Below, one piece after another: positions 40,671 through 50,740 of a stretch of DNA of 64,000 nucleotides. The stretch is from positions 5,245-69,244 of the forward strand of contig JBBAJO010000017.1 in assembly GCA_040404005.1 (NCBI GenBank), in the 5' to 3' direction. The position numbers and the translations under genes are program-made. The stretch comes from Chitinophagaceae bacterium. Lineage in GTDB: Bacteria; Bacteroidota; Bacteroidia; Chitinophagales; Chitinophagaceae. Under the pieces are notes generated by a model. That model was not told where the DNA came from. It was given only the letters and a program-made list of their open reading frames with translations, and made no database searches. Positions within the stretch are counted from its first letter, which is position 1. Every line of letters begins with the position of its first letter.

Positions 40671-41774
40671 ATGCCAGTCCGTCGTGATTTTATCAAGCAT
40701 GTAAGCGCAGCCAGTAGTTTGATCGTTTTATCGTCGCTCACAAAAAGCGCCTCCGCAAAAAAGTTGATGGCGCCGAGAATCCGTTTTTCTGTGATCAATA
40801 TCAATCATGGCCACATCTATGGGATGGTCAATGCCGTGATCAAAGGCGGTGGGGAGTTGGTGGCGGTGTATGCCAAGGAGCCGGATCTGCTGGCGGCATT
40901 TACAAAAGCATTTCCGCAGGCGAAAGTGGCTTCGAGTGCAAAGGAGATATTGGAAGACAAGTCCATACAGGTGATCATGAGCTCGGGCATTGCCAGTGAG
41001 CGCGCGCCGTTGGGTATTGAGGTGATGAAGCATGGGAAAGACTATCTCGTGGATAAACCTGGCATCACTACGTTAGAGCAACTGGCGGAAGTCAGGAAAG
41101 TTCAGAAGGCCACAAAACGCATTTACTCTATTTTATTCAGTGAGCGATTTGAGAATAGGGCTACGGTCAAGGCTGGGGACTTGGTACGCGCGGGAGCTAT
41201 CGGCAAGGTGGTACAAACGATCGGACTGGGTCCGCACCGCATGAATGTGAAGTCGCGGCCCGAGTGGTTCTTTGATAAGGACAAGTTTGGGGGTATCATC
41301 ACAGATATTGGATCACATCAGTTTGATCAGTTCCTTCATTTCACTGGCTCCACGTCTGCTGAGATCGTGGCATCACAGATCGGTAATATCAACCATCCCA
41401 TGTATCCTAAGTTTGAAGACTTCGGGGATGTGATGATCAAAGGGAATGGGGGTACGGGTTATATTCGGGTCGACTGGTTTACGCCGGATGGGTTGAAGAC
41501 CTGGGGTGATGGGAGGTTGACGATACTTGGCACCGAAGGATTTATTGAGATCAGAAAGAACATCGACATTGCGCGAAACGATAAGGGCAATCATTTATAC
41601 ATGGCCAACAATAAAGAAACGACCTACCTCGATTGCAGCAATGAGGAGCTGCCATTTGGAAGGCAGTTTGTGGATGATGTGGTGAACAGAACCGAGACGG
41701 CGATGACCCAGGCACATTGTTTCCTTGCCATGGAACTGGCGCTCAAGGCCCAGAAATTCGCTAACAAGATTTAA
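40671..41774 (+). CDS. Tat-exported Gfo/Idh/MocA oxidoreductase
   Basis: RRDFIK twin-arginine signal; LVDKPG; GGIITDIGSHQFDQF. Confidence 0.9.
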   Translation: MPVRRDFIKHVSAASSLIVLSSLTKSASAKKLMAPRIRFSVININHGHIYGMVNAVIKGGGELVAVYAKEPDLLAAFTKAFPQAKVASSAKEILEDKSIQVIMSSGIASERAPLGIEVMKHGKDYLVDKPGITTLEQLAEVRKVQKATKRIYSILFSERFENRATVKAGDLVRAGAIGKVVQTIGLGPHRMNVKSRPEWFFDKDKFGGIITDIGSHQFDQFLHFTGSTSAEIVASQIGNINHPMYPKFEDFGDVMIKGNGGTGYIRVDWFTPDGLKTWGDGRLTILGTEGFIEIRKNIDIARNDKGNHLYMANNKETTYLDCSNEELPFGRQFVDDVVNRTETAMTQAHCFLAMELALKAQKFANKI

Positions 41775-41791
41775 GCACGTATTTTTATTTC

Positions 41792-44155
41792 ATGAGAAAA
41801 CTGATTCTGTCCGCAGGATTTGCATTGTTGTTTTTAGCATCAACGTCACAGGTTTCATTCACTGCGGGGGAGTTGAAGCTGGGTCTCGATAAACAAGGGT
41901 TGGTTACGGAAATACTCAGTAGCGTAACAGGCAAAAATTATTTATCTACAGACACGGTTGCGCCATTGCTGACGGTTGTGAGTGCCGGTAAAAGATACCA
42001 GCCCAACCAGATGATTGTTGATAAGGGCCGGGGAAAGCTGACGCTAATGTATAAACTGGCGGGCGTGACGGTGGAATTACTGGTGACCAACAAGCAAACC
42101 CATTTGGTACTGGAGGTGGTAAAGGCCCAGCCTGCCAATAAAGTAGAAGCGGTCATATGGGGGCCGTACCCAAACACGATCAGTAAAATCATCGGCGAGA
42201 TCATCGGGGTTGTTCGGGATGCAGATGTTGCGCTGGGGATACAGGTATTGAATATCAAAACACTGGGTGGTGATTATCCAAACAGCGAAGGAAGCACCTG
42301 GAGCCGCGGGATCGCAGCGGTATCGAAAAGCTGGGGCAGCAGTATACAGGCCTATTCCATGAATAGGGAGCTCAACAGGACCGTAGATGCGTGGGGTGGG
42401 CAGCAAGTGAATATGCCGGTAAAGCCATTGAAAGGCGAATCGGTAGTTGGTAGTAAGATCGCTATGTTCTCCTGCCGGGAACCAGAAACATTAGATAGGC
42501 TGGAGCGCATTGAGTTGGATGAGAAGCTTCCCCATCCTACGGTCAAGGGCGTATGGATCAAGAAGTCGCCCATTTATGGAAGATCATATCTTATTTCATC
42601 ATTCACAGAGAACGATATTGATGAGATGATCGGGTATGTAAATAGAGCAGGACTTATTTCTTTATATCATGAAGGACCGTTTAAGAGTTGGGGTCATTAT
42701 ATCCTGGACTCGCTTCAATTCCCCAATGGCAGAGCGGGGTTAAAGAACTGTGTGGACAAGGCCCATGCAGCGGGATTGTTCCTGGGCATGCACACGCTCA
42801 CGAATTTCATCAACACCAATGATCCCTATGTGTCGCCCTTGCCGGATAGCAGGCTGAGTGTGACGGGCTCGTCGGCGCTGGTGAAGGCGGTCGATGCCAA
42901 CCAGAAAGAAATTGAAGTAGTGCTGCCTGCATATTTTGCCAACGAGAACGGGAATAGCCTTCACACAGTTAAGATCGGCATAGAGTTGATCCGCTATAAA
43001 TCTGTTACTTCATCGGCACCATATAAATTGCTCGATTGTCAGCGTGGCGCATTTGGCACAACGCCTGCGTCGCATCGGGCTGGCGAACAAGTGGGAAAGC
43101 TTTTTGATCATCCCTATAATGTATTCTTTCCCGATCTCGAGATGCAAAGGGAGATCGCGAAAAACATTGCAGACCTCATGAACGAAACCGGTGTGGACCA
43201 CTTGGATTTGGATGGGCACGAGGGTGCCCTTGCATCAGGACAGGGCGATTGGGCCATTGAGCTCATGGCAAAAGATGTATACGATCAGGTAAAGCACGAG
43301 TTTCTGATCGGCACCAGTTTGAGCAAAACCTTCTATTGGCATATCGGCAGTTATTATAATTGGGGCGAGCCCTGGTATGGGGGGTTCAAGGAGAGTATGC
43401 AGCAGTACCGGATCGATAACCAGGGATTGTTTGACCGCAATTATATGCCCCATATGCTGGGGTGGTATTTGCTGGCAGAGAATACCACGATGCCTGAAAT
43501 GGAGTGGATGTTGTCGAGAGCCGCAGGCTACGATGCGGGGTTCGCGATGGTAGCGAGGCCGGAGGCGCTGAGGAAGAATACGCTCTCGGGTTCGTTGTTG
43601 GATGCCATCAGGGAATGGGAGGCAGCGCGGCATGCAAAAGCATTTTCGGCGTCGCAGCGGGAGGCCCTGAAGAACCCGAAAAACGAGTTTCACTTAGAGA
43701 AGATCGCTGATGGGAAATGGAACCTGCATACCTATGCCATTTCGCCGGTTTTTTTGAGGGAGAAATTTGAGCGCCAGCCGGGCGAGCCTACGTATACCAC
43801 CTGGAATTATCAACAGACGTGGCGGGAACAGCCACTGCAGTTCAGGATGAATATCGTTGGCACAGATGGAGGCTCCGTAAAAAATATTAAGATCCAGATC
43901 GATCGGTATAAAGAAATGCTATTGCCTTTTGAATTGAAATCAGGGGAAAGCCTGGTATCCGACGGAACAGAGATCATCCGATTGTATGATAAGAACGGGA
44001 AGCCAAAACGGACCTTCAAGTTAGATGGGGTACCGCCCGTACTTGGTCAGGGTGCCCACAACATCATCATTGATTCTCAGTTCGACGGCGACGCTGTTAT
44101 AGAAGTACAATTCAAAGGCTTGAATACTGTAGATCAGGTTGCGGCAAAAAAATAA
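41792..44155 (+). CDS. Secreted hypothetical protein, possible clan GH-D-like TIM-barrel glycosidase
   Basis: Signal peptide; QFPNGRAGLKNCVDKAHAAGLFLGMH and ETGVDHLDLDG resemble GH27/GH36 barrel strands. Confidence 0.55.
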   Translation: MRKLILSAGFALLFLASTSQVSFTAGELKLGLDKQGLVTEILSSVTGKNYLSTDTVAPLLTVVSAGKRYQPNQMIVDKGRGKLTLMYKLAGVTVELLVTNKQTHLVLEVVKAQPANKVEAVIWGPYPNTISKIIGEIIGVVRDADVALGIQVLNIKTLGGDYPNSEGSTWSRGIAAVSKSWGSSIQAYSMNRELNRTVDAWGGQQVNMPVKPLKGESVVGSKIAMFSCREPETLDRLERIELDEKLPHPTVKGVWIKKSPIYGRSYLISSFTENDIDEMIGYVNRAGLISLYHEGPFKSWGHYILDSLQFPNGRAGLKNCVDKAHAAGLFLGMHTLTNFINTNDPYVSPLPDSRLSVTGSSALVKAVDANQKEIEVVLPAYFANENGNSLHTVKIGIELIRYKSVTSSAPYKLLDCQRGAFGTTPASHRAGEQVGKLFDHPYNVFFPDLEMQREIAKNIADLMNETGVDHLDLDGHEGALASGQGDWAIELMAKDVYDQVKHEFLIGTSLSKTFYWHIGSYYNWGEPWYGGFKESMQQYRIDNQGLFDRNYMPHMLGWYLLAENTTMPEMEWMLSRAAGYDAGFAMVARPEALRKNTLSGSLLDAIREWEAARHAKAFSASQREALKNPKNEFHLEKIADGKWNLHTYAISPVFLREKFERQPGEPTYTTWNYQQTWREQPLQFRMNIVGTDGGSVKNIKIQIDRYKEMLLPFELKSGESLVSDGTEIIRLYDKNGKPKRTFKLDGVPPVLGQGAHNIIIDSQFDGDAVIEVQFKGLNTVDQVAAKK

Positions 44156-44225
44156 TTTAGCTGAAGGGCGGGAAAATAGTGGCCGGGCATTTCGGGGTGG
44201 CGCAGAAATTCGTTTGCCTTCCCTG

Positions 44226-44738
44226 CTATTGGCCGAAGACCATCTCAGTTGTAGAGACACCGGCCCCCGTTAGCTCTACTATGAAAAGGTTTCGGTATTC
44301 GTTATCCTTGATTTCGCTGATGGTTGTTTTACCTCCGAATGCTTTCACCAGTTCCAGAACGGTATTGGAATGGCCCACAATTAAAACTGATTTTGCACGA
44401 TACTCCTTACTTATTTTGCCAACCAGGGCTGCAGGGTCTGCCGGATCGTACAAGATAACATCACTGCCAATTCGCTTTGCCAGTGGCTCTCCTGTTTTTC
44501 TGGTTCTGATATAATTGGTACTGAAAATGGCACTGATTCCTTTCTCCGCCAATAGCTTATCCAGGTCATACGATCTTTGTAAGCCTTCTGTACTCAGGGC
44601 AGGATCTTTGGTATTGGGATCTGTCAGGTTTTTTTCAGCATGCCGGACGATATACACGGTAGTTTGTTGGGCGTTTGTGGCGATCACAACAAACAGGCAG
44701 AGTATGATCAGGGAGATAATTTTCGGTAGTGGCCGCAT
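44226..44738 (-). CDS. Histidine phosphatase (phosphoglycerate mutase/SixA-like), secreted
   Basis: VRHAEK, RTRKT and VGHSN motifs; start set at ATG 44738. Confidence 0.9.
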   Translation of the reverse strand: MRPLPKIISLIILCLFVVIATNAQQTTVYIVRHAEKNLTDPNTKDPALSTEGLQRSYDLDKLLAEKGISAIFSTNYIRTRKTGEPLAKRIGSDVILYDPADPAALVGKISKEYRAKSVLIVGHSNTVLELVKAFGGKTTISEIKDNEYRNLFIVELTGAGVSTTEMVFGQ

Positions 44739-44823
44739 AGAGATTTGAATGGATGATCTTCTGCAAGATATATGAATGAAAGAAAAGTGGATGTAATATA
44801 TTGTAGCGTAACTAATTTTATCA

Positions 44824-45813
44824 ATGCAGAAGTTTCGAAGTTTATTTTTATTCCTCCTCATCGGTATTGCATCGACGGCGTTTTCGCAAACTAAAAAACC
44901 TTCCGGCTACAGCGGCAATCCTTTGTTCCCGGGTTGGTATGCAGATCCGGAGGCCATTATCTTCGGGAAAGAATACTGGATCTACCCCACTTTTTCGGCT
45001 CCCTATGAGAAGCAGGTTTTTCTCGATGCGTTTTCATCTTCCAATCTCATCACATGGAAAAAGCATGAACGGATCATTGATACCAGCGTGGTGACATGGG
45101 CGAAGAAAGCGATGTGGGCGCCATCCATCATACAAAAAGGCGATCAATACTTTTTATTTTTTGCCGCCAACGATATCCAGAGCAATAATGAGTACGGTGG
45201 CATAGGTGTAGCTGTTTCTTCGTCGCCGGGAGGTCCCTATAAAGATTATCTCGGTAAGCCTTTGATCGATCAATTTCACAACGGTGCACAACCCATCGAT
45301 CAGTTTGTTTTCCGTGATGATGATGGGCAGGTCTATATGTATTATGGCGGGTGGCGGCATTGCAACCTCGCAAAACTGAATGATCAGTTGAATGGCTTTG
45401 TTGCGTTTGCAGATGGCACCCAATTTCGCGAGATCACCCCGGAGGGATATGTAGAAGGGCCGTTTGTGTTTAAGCGCAACGGGAAATATTATTTCATGTG
45501 GTCGGAAGGCGGTTGGACAGGCCCTGATTACAGCGTGGCATATGCCATTGCTGACCATCCTGCCGGGCCGTTCAAACGTATTGGAAAGATTCTGCAGCAG
45601 GATCCTGCGATTGCGACAGGCGCAGGGCATCATTCAGTGATTTCGATTCCCGGTAAAGACAAATTCTTCATCGTGTATCATCGTCGGCCGCTCAGTGAGA
45701 AAGATGGGAATTCCAGGGAGACCTGTATCGATGAAATGAAGTTTGATGATGGGGGTCGTATTCTTCCGGTCAAGATCACGAGAGAGGGTGTAAAGAAAAC
45801 GGTTCTCAATTGA
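44824..45813 (+). CDS. Glycoside hydrolase family 43
   Basis: WYADPEA, WAPS, IDQFVFRDDDG, VEGP and GHHS motifs; signal peptide. Confidence 0.93.
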   Translation: MQKFRSLFLFLLIGIASTAFSQTKKPSGYSGNPLFPGWYADPEAIIFGKEYWIYPTFSAPYEKQVFLDAFSSSNLITWKKHERIIDTSVVTWAKKAMWAPSIIQKGDQYFLFFAANDIQSNNEYGGIGVAVSSSPGGPYKDYLGKPLIDQFHNGAQPIDQFVFRDDDGQVYMYYGGWRHCNLAKLNDQLNGFVAFADGTQFREITPEGYVEGPFVFKRNGKYYFMWSEGGWTGPDYSVAYAIADHPAGPFKRIGKILQQDPAIATGAGHHSVISIPGKDKFFIVYHRRPLSEKDGNSRETCIDEMKFDDGGRILPVKITREGVKKTVLN

Positions 45814-46825
45814 TATTGGCCAACTCTTTTACTTTTGCCCAGATGCCATCGTCAACAGGGATGCCCAGCTCCATATTTTCATGACGCGTCCGCAGTGATT
45901 GTTCGCCCGGATAGAAGATCTCGCCATTTTCTTTTGCAGGCACAGAGCCTTTGATTTGGTCGACCGTGCCATTCAATGCCTGGTCAATAAATTCCTGGCT
46001 GTTGATCTTTAGTGGATTGATGGCGATAAACACCTGACAGCAACTTCCGCAGCTGCCTTTATCAAATTTATCTACGCCTGCTGTGGTGAGACCGCCTGAG
46101 AGCAAGCTCGACAAAACATCCAGGAGCACCGCAAATCCGGAGCCTTTCCAGTATCCCATCGGTAAGATCCTTCTCGTTTCTTCAATGGCACCGGGATCGT
46201 CGGTCAACTGACCTTGCCCGTCGAATCCACCCGGGTAGGGTAATGTCTGATCCTTTAGGCGGGTCACTTGCAGTTTCCCGTAGGAGTACTGCGACATCGC
46301 CATGTCGAGTACGATATGTCCGTTTTTACGCGGGACCGCCATAATAAAGGGGTTATTGCCTATGCCTTGTGATTTTGCGCCCCAGGCCGGCATGCATGAC
46401 TCTGTGTTCGTCCAGCAGATGCCGATATATCCCTTCTCAGCGGCGAGCCATCCATAAGCACCCCCACGCATCCAGTGCGTGGTGTTGTTTAGGCTCACGA
46501 GACCCAGGCCGTTTTTTTCTGCGATCTCCGTAGCCCGGTTCATGGCAAACAGGGCATTGGTAATGCCTGGGCCCAGGTGGCCGTTATAGATCTCCATCGC
46601 GCCCAGGTTCAGATCCAGCGTTGGCTCTGCGTGTACATTTACCCAGCCCTTATGAATGTAATCAACAAATCTTTCCACCCGATTCAGTCCATGCGAATAC
46701 ACACCGTCGCGGCTGGATTCGGTGTGGACCCTGGCACAGGTCTCTGCTTTTTCCTCCGGCATTCCGGCCAGCAAAAAAGCTTGTTTCACGATAGCTTTCA
46801 TTTCCTCGAAAGATATTCTGGTCAT
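45806..46825 (-). CDS. yiaK: 3-dehydro-L-gulonate 2-dehydrogenase (2,3-diketo-L-gulonate reductase)
   Basis: GVYSHGLNR, NTTHWMRGGAYG, LDMAMSQYSYGK and GYWKGSG motifs; start set at MTRISF (46825). Confidence 0.9.
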   Translation of the reverse strand: MTRISFEEMKAIVKQAFLLAGMPEEKAETCARVHTESSRDGVYSHGLNRVERFVDYIHKGWVNVHAEPTLDLNLGAMEIYNGHLGPGITNALFAMNRATEIAEKNGLGLVSLNNTTHWMRGGAYGWLAAEKGYIGICWTNTESCMPAWGAKSQGIGNNPFIMAVPRKNGHIVLDMAMSQYSYGKLQVTRLKDQTLPYPGGFDGQGQLTDDPGAIEETRRILPMGYWKGSGFAVLLDVLSSLLSGGLTTAGVDKFDKGSCGSCCQVFIAINPLKINSQEFIDQALNGTVDQIKGSVPAKENGEIFYPGEQSLRTRHENMELGIPVDDGIWAKVKELANIN

Positions 46826-46917
46826 TACGTAAATGATTTGATCATTAATGATAACGAAGTTTTGGTTCAATCGTAGCGGAAAACGATATCTAATCTTGCA
46901 TGCTGTCCGTGTTTCTT

Positions 46918-46925
46918 TACATTTG
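46918..46925 (+). promoter_or_regulatory. Bacteroidota sigma-ABfr -7 promoter element (TACATTTG)
   Basis: Exact TAnnTTTG match 25 nt upstream of the cyanophycinase ATG. Confidence 0.6.
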
Positions 46926-46950
46926 AGAAAGATCCTGTTAATTCAACCGT

Positions 46951-47796
46951 ATGGGCAGATTCATTTTTCTTCTTCTGGCGACCATTGGTTTTTCCATGTT
47001 CGCTCAGAGTCAGGGGAGTATCGATTCAAAGGGCAAGCTGATCATTATTGGAGGTGGCGAAATTCCTGACACCATCTTTACACTCTTCGCGCAGGCATGT
47101 GGCGGGAAAGACCAGCCGGTGATTGTGATACCAACGGCAACGGAGGATGAAGCGTGGATCAAGGCCGGGGAGCATTTGAAGAAGTTTTCCGACCGGGGTT
47201 TTACCAATCTGTTCACGATCCATACGCGTGAGAAGGCTAAAGCGGATGATGCTGCTTACCTGCAAGCCATGCGTTCAGCCAAAGGCGTATTTTTTGGCGG
47301 GGGCGACCAGGATCTGCTTTCAAAGGCATACGAAGGCACTGTATTGCACAGGGCCATGTTCGATTTGTTGGAACGGGGCGGCGTGATCATGGGAACTTCC
47401 GCAGGAGCTACCATCATGGGATCTGTGCTCATTGGCGGGGATCATCGGGCCACTCCGCAGAAGCCACAAAGTTTCCCAAAGGGCTTATCGTTTATGGATC
47501 GTACAGCGATTGATCAGCATGTGCTTGCCCGCAACCGACAGTTTGACCTGTTACCGGTTTTGGAAAGGGATACTACATTGTTCGGTATGGCGATAGATGA
47601 ATCCACTGCCGCCATAGTAGAAAAAGGGGTTATTCGGGCAGTGGGGAAATCTTATGTGTTGATCTATGATCGCTGGCACTGGCAGCAGCAGACCAAAGAG
47701 CTGGGAAGGGTTTATGTTCCCTTTCGCATGATGTCATCCGGCGGCTCCTACAACCTTGGTAAACATGAGATGCTGCGGAGGCCGCCAGCGGAATGA
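46951..47796 (+). CDS. Cyanophycinase-like S51 peptidase with signal peptide
   Basis: LIIIGGG, FFGGGDQ, GTSAGA, IDQHVLARNR and IDESTA motifs. Confidence 0.88.
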   Translation: MGRFIFLLLATIGFSMFAQSQGSIDSKGKLIIIGGGEIPDTIFTLFAQACGGKDQPVIVIPTATEDEAWIKAGEHLKKFSDRGFTNLFTIHTREKAKADDAAYLQAMRSAKGVFFGGGDQDLLSKAYEGTVLHRAMFDLLERGGVIMGTSAGATIMGSVLIGGDHRATPQKPQSFPKGLSFMDRTAIDQHVLARNRQFDLLPVLERDTTLFGMAIDESTAAIVEKGVIRAVGKSYVLIYDRWHWQQQTKELGRVYVPFRMMSSGGSYNLGKHEMLRRPPAE

Positions 47797-47798
47797 TC

Positions 47799-48884
47799 TT
47801 ATTTTTTCTTCTTCAGCGTTTCATTGATCGTGTCGAGCAGACCGCCGTTGGGAATATCATGCCCAAGATGCCAGAACATAATGCCACCGAGTTTGTGCTT
47901 CATGACATATTTTGTTTTTAAGGCAACGGAACGCTTGTCGTCAAATGTGGCATAGAGTTTTTCAGCCGCATTGTAGGCGTAGGGAGCTTGTGCAACACTG
48001 TCCCAATACATGGCATAATTCTGTAAACGGGTAGGAAAAGAATCGAAGCCAAAGGACCCTTTAAATTTCCCGGGCTGGTAAAGGCCGTTGTTTGTATTTT
48101 CAACGCCTTCCCATACGCGTGAATAGAAAGCAGCGCCCACGATCAGTTTGCGGGGATCAACACCGTTCTTCAGCAGCCACTGTACACAATTATCTGTAGA
48201 TTGCTTTTGTGTTGGGGTGCTGTAAAGTGGTGTGTGGTGTCCGGTTACTTTCGCATATCCGCCTACCAGGTCATACGTCATCAGGTTCACATAATTCAGC
48301 ATAGGCATAACCGAGGCCCAGTCAACGGACTCCTCGAGAAATCTGTCGAAGCCCCCGGCGGCGAAAGTAACGGTCGCCTTTTTACCCAAAACGGTTCTTA
48401 ATTCTTTCACGAGGTCTGTGAAGTTTTGCTTATCCTCGGGCCTGAACTTGTGCCCGGGAAATCCGGAGATGGTAGGGTATTCCCAGTCGAGGTCAATACC
48501 ATCTGCACCGAAGAAATCGGTCAGCGATTTCACTGACTGCGCAAATTCCTTTCTGCCGGTTTCTGTATTGAACACATCGGAGCAGGGCTCACAACCACCC
48601 CAGCCACCGAGGGAGAGCAATACTTTGAGTTTTTTATTCTGTTTTTTCATGGCCACCATCTTCTGAATCAACAGCGTGTCTCTTGAACCCCTGAGATGAA
48701 GCGCATTTCCTTTCAGGCGACCGAAGCAATAGATGATGTGGGTGAACTTCTTAGCGTCAAAGGAATCCAGGGCTTGTAAGCCGCCGGAGTAGTAAGCGAT
48801 GACTGCTTTTTTCTGGGCTGATACGTTGTTGATGAAGGATAAACAAAACAGGGCGATGGCTAACATCAGAAATATTCGTCTCAT
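47799..48884 (-). CDS. Glycoside hydrolase family 18 (chitinase-like, catalytic domain only)
   Basis: SLGGWGG, DGIDLDWEYP (DxDxE), MTYDL and GGIMFW motifs. Confidence 0.95.
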   Translation of the reverse strand: MRRIFLMLAIALFCLSFINNVSAQKKAVIAYYSGGLQALDSFDAKKFTHIIYCFGRLKGNALHLRGSRDTLLIQKMVAMKKQNKKLKVLLSLGGWGGCEPCSDVFNTETGRKEFAQSVKSLTDFFGADGIDLDWEYPTISGFPGHKFRPEDKQNFTDLVKELRTVLGKKATVTFAAGGFDRFLEESVDWASVMPMLNYVNLMTYDLVGGYAKVTGHHTPLYSTPTQKQSTDNCVQWLLKNGVDPRKLIVGAAFYSRVWEGVENTNNGLYQPGKFKGSFGFDSFPTRLQNYAMYWDSVAQAPYAYNAAEKLYATFDDKRSVALKTKYVMKHKLGGIMFWHLGHDIPNGGLLDTINETLKKKK

Positions 48885-49000
48885 AGTAATGGCTTGACTT
48901 CAAATCTACAAAATATTAAACTTTAAATTTATTTAATGGGCGTGGGAGAATAATTCAGGGCAGTAAAATATCTGATTGCTTTAGATGATCAGTTATCAAA

Positions 49001-50023
49001 CTAACTGTTCTTTTTAACATAGTCCGGCAGCTTGGACGCATTCGGTCCGATGTAATGAAATTCCTCCGCCCATTCCAGGCCATATTTTTTGCCAGTTTCT
49101 TTGTCGGATGGAACACCTCGCAGGTATTGTGAATCGGCATCCAGCATTATGTGTTTTACGTAGTTGAAATCAGCAGTGGTATCATCGTTTCCCAGTATAG
49201 GCAGTTTCTTACCCTGGGCAGCCAGACTTTTTCTTAAAGCTGATCCTGCGTGCCCGCCGGGACCCTGGCTGGTGATCACCACATTGCTTTCTACTTTCTT
49301 GTTGATGAAGCGGCTTGTGTCCACCACCCTGTTTACGATCTGCGGGCCTCGTGCGAAATAGTATTTCTCTTTTACCGAGTGGGGCTTTACTACTTCAAGC
49401 TGCTCGGGATAATCGTGGCTTCCAGCCTGCCAGCATGCCGCTTCCACTGCTTTTGCCGTCACGTAATGATCCGGATTTTCTTCATACTGGCTCCAGGGGT
49501 CATAGCAGATCACGGTATCAACTTTCAACAATCTGAACAGGAAGATCAATCTGCCTTTGATCTCCTGGATGTTGTATTCTTCCATCCGGTGGTTCCGGTA
49601 TCCGAGGTTGTACACTTTTTTTAAACCCAGGGCTGCCGAAGTGGCATCGTTAGAGAGCTCATTGTTCAGCACCTGTTCGCCTACGTTCTTGCCAGCGCCG
49701 GTGGCATCGTCGTTCGATGTTCGGATCATATAGCCTGTGTACCCTTCGGCAATTAGTTTTGCTACGGTACCGCCCGCGAAGATGGCAATGTCGTCGCAAT
49801 GAGGTTGGATGGCGGCGAATACTTTGCCTGCATGCGGTTTGCCTTCCGTATATTTTTCAATGACGATGTTGCCCTGCTCGGGAGTGGGTCTTTCCATACT
49901 GTTTCCAGCGCTTGCCTCCTTATCTTCCGCTTGGACATTGCCGGGAATGACCATCGAGGCGCCGACAGCAGGAATGATTGTGCTCGCCTTGATACCGGCG
50001 TTGATGAAATTTCTTCTTTTCAT
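49001..50023 (-). CDS. Tat-exported PIG-L/LmbE family deacetylase
   Basis: RRNFI twin-arginine signal; QPHCDD (HxDD) and NPDH motifs. Confidence 0.9.
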   Translation of the reverse strand: MKRRNFINAGIKASTIIPAVGASMVIPGNVQAEDKEASAGNSMERPTPEQGNIVIEKYTEGKPHAGKVFAAIQPHCDDIAIFAGGTVAKLIAEGYTGYMIRTSNDDATGAGKNVGEQVLNNELSNDATSAALGLKKVYNLGYRNHRMEEYNIQEIKGRLIFLFRLLKVDTVICYDPWSQYEENPDHYVTAKAVEAACWQAGSHDYPEQLEVVKPHSVKEKYYFARGPQIVNRVVDTSRFINKKVESNVVITSQGPGGHAGSALRKSLAAQGKKLPILGNDDTTADFNYVKHIMLDADSQYLRGVPSDKETGKKYGLEWAEEFHYIGPNASKLPDYVKKNS

Positions 50024-50082
50024 CCTTTAAAGTACTGATTGCCTGGCAACACGTAAAGATTTAGGGAAAAAATCCGCCTTCT

Positions 50083-50487
50083 TTATCGTTGGGGCGCAGG
50101 GAAAAAAGATTGATTGGATTTCCCGGCCCACCAGGCCCAGAGGATGAGCAAGGGATGAATGATCAATAGCCTGATCCAGCCGATCATCGGGGTAATGGCG
50201 AGTCCCCCCAATTGAAAGTTTCCTTTTTGGATAAAGTAAATATGCGCGGGTATAAAAGCAAGCAACATTAGTATGATTGCCCAACTGGCCCACTGCCTTG
50301 TTTTAACCGGGATCAGTAACAAGGCCAGTCCTATTTCAATGCATCCGGAAGCGAGGTTGATGAAGCCCGACCAATCGGACAGATAGGGTGGGATGATGGC
50401 ATCGTAGAAAGAAGGATTGGCAAAATGATTATATCCTGCGAAGAGGTAAAATATGATCAGCAGGATTAGCAATATTTTGTTGCGCAT
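50083..50487 (-). CDS. DoxX-like membrane protein
   Basis: AGYNHF...IIPPYL...SGCIEIGL...FIPAHIY. Confidence 0.85.
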   Translation of the reverse strand: MRNKILLILLIIFYLFAGYNHFANPSFYDAIIPPYLSDWSGFINLASGCIEIGLALLLIPVKTRQWASWAIILMLLAFIPAHIYFIQKGNFQLGGLAITPMIGWIRLLIIHPLLILWAWWAGKSNQSFFPAPQR

Positions 50488-50740
50488 ACTTGATGAATAG
50501 CTATTTAAGCCACTTTAATTCACTTTTTCTTACTTTTCCCAGAAGAAAGTTTTTTTACTTCCGCATTATCAGTTGACTACAAAAGGTAGCCAACTGATTA
50601 ATTGCCCACCACAATTTTTGTTTCCATCGACAATCGTATGCTTTGTTAAGTGGTGGTAAGATAAGTTTTTAATGTGGAATCGTTATTCTGGGGGTTGTTG
50701 ATAATCTGTCGGTCGTCATCATGTTGTTCCCCCTGCAATC

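Noticed and set aside
50568-50598. Hairpin atcagttgactac-aaaag-gtagccaactgat as a terminator
   Set aside because: There is no U-tract on either strand. It could be an operator or an RNA stem, but nothing supports a specific call.
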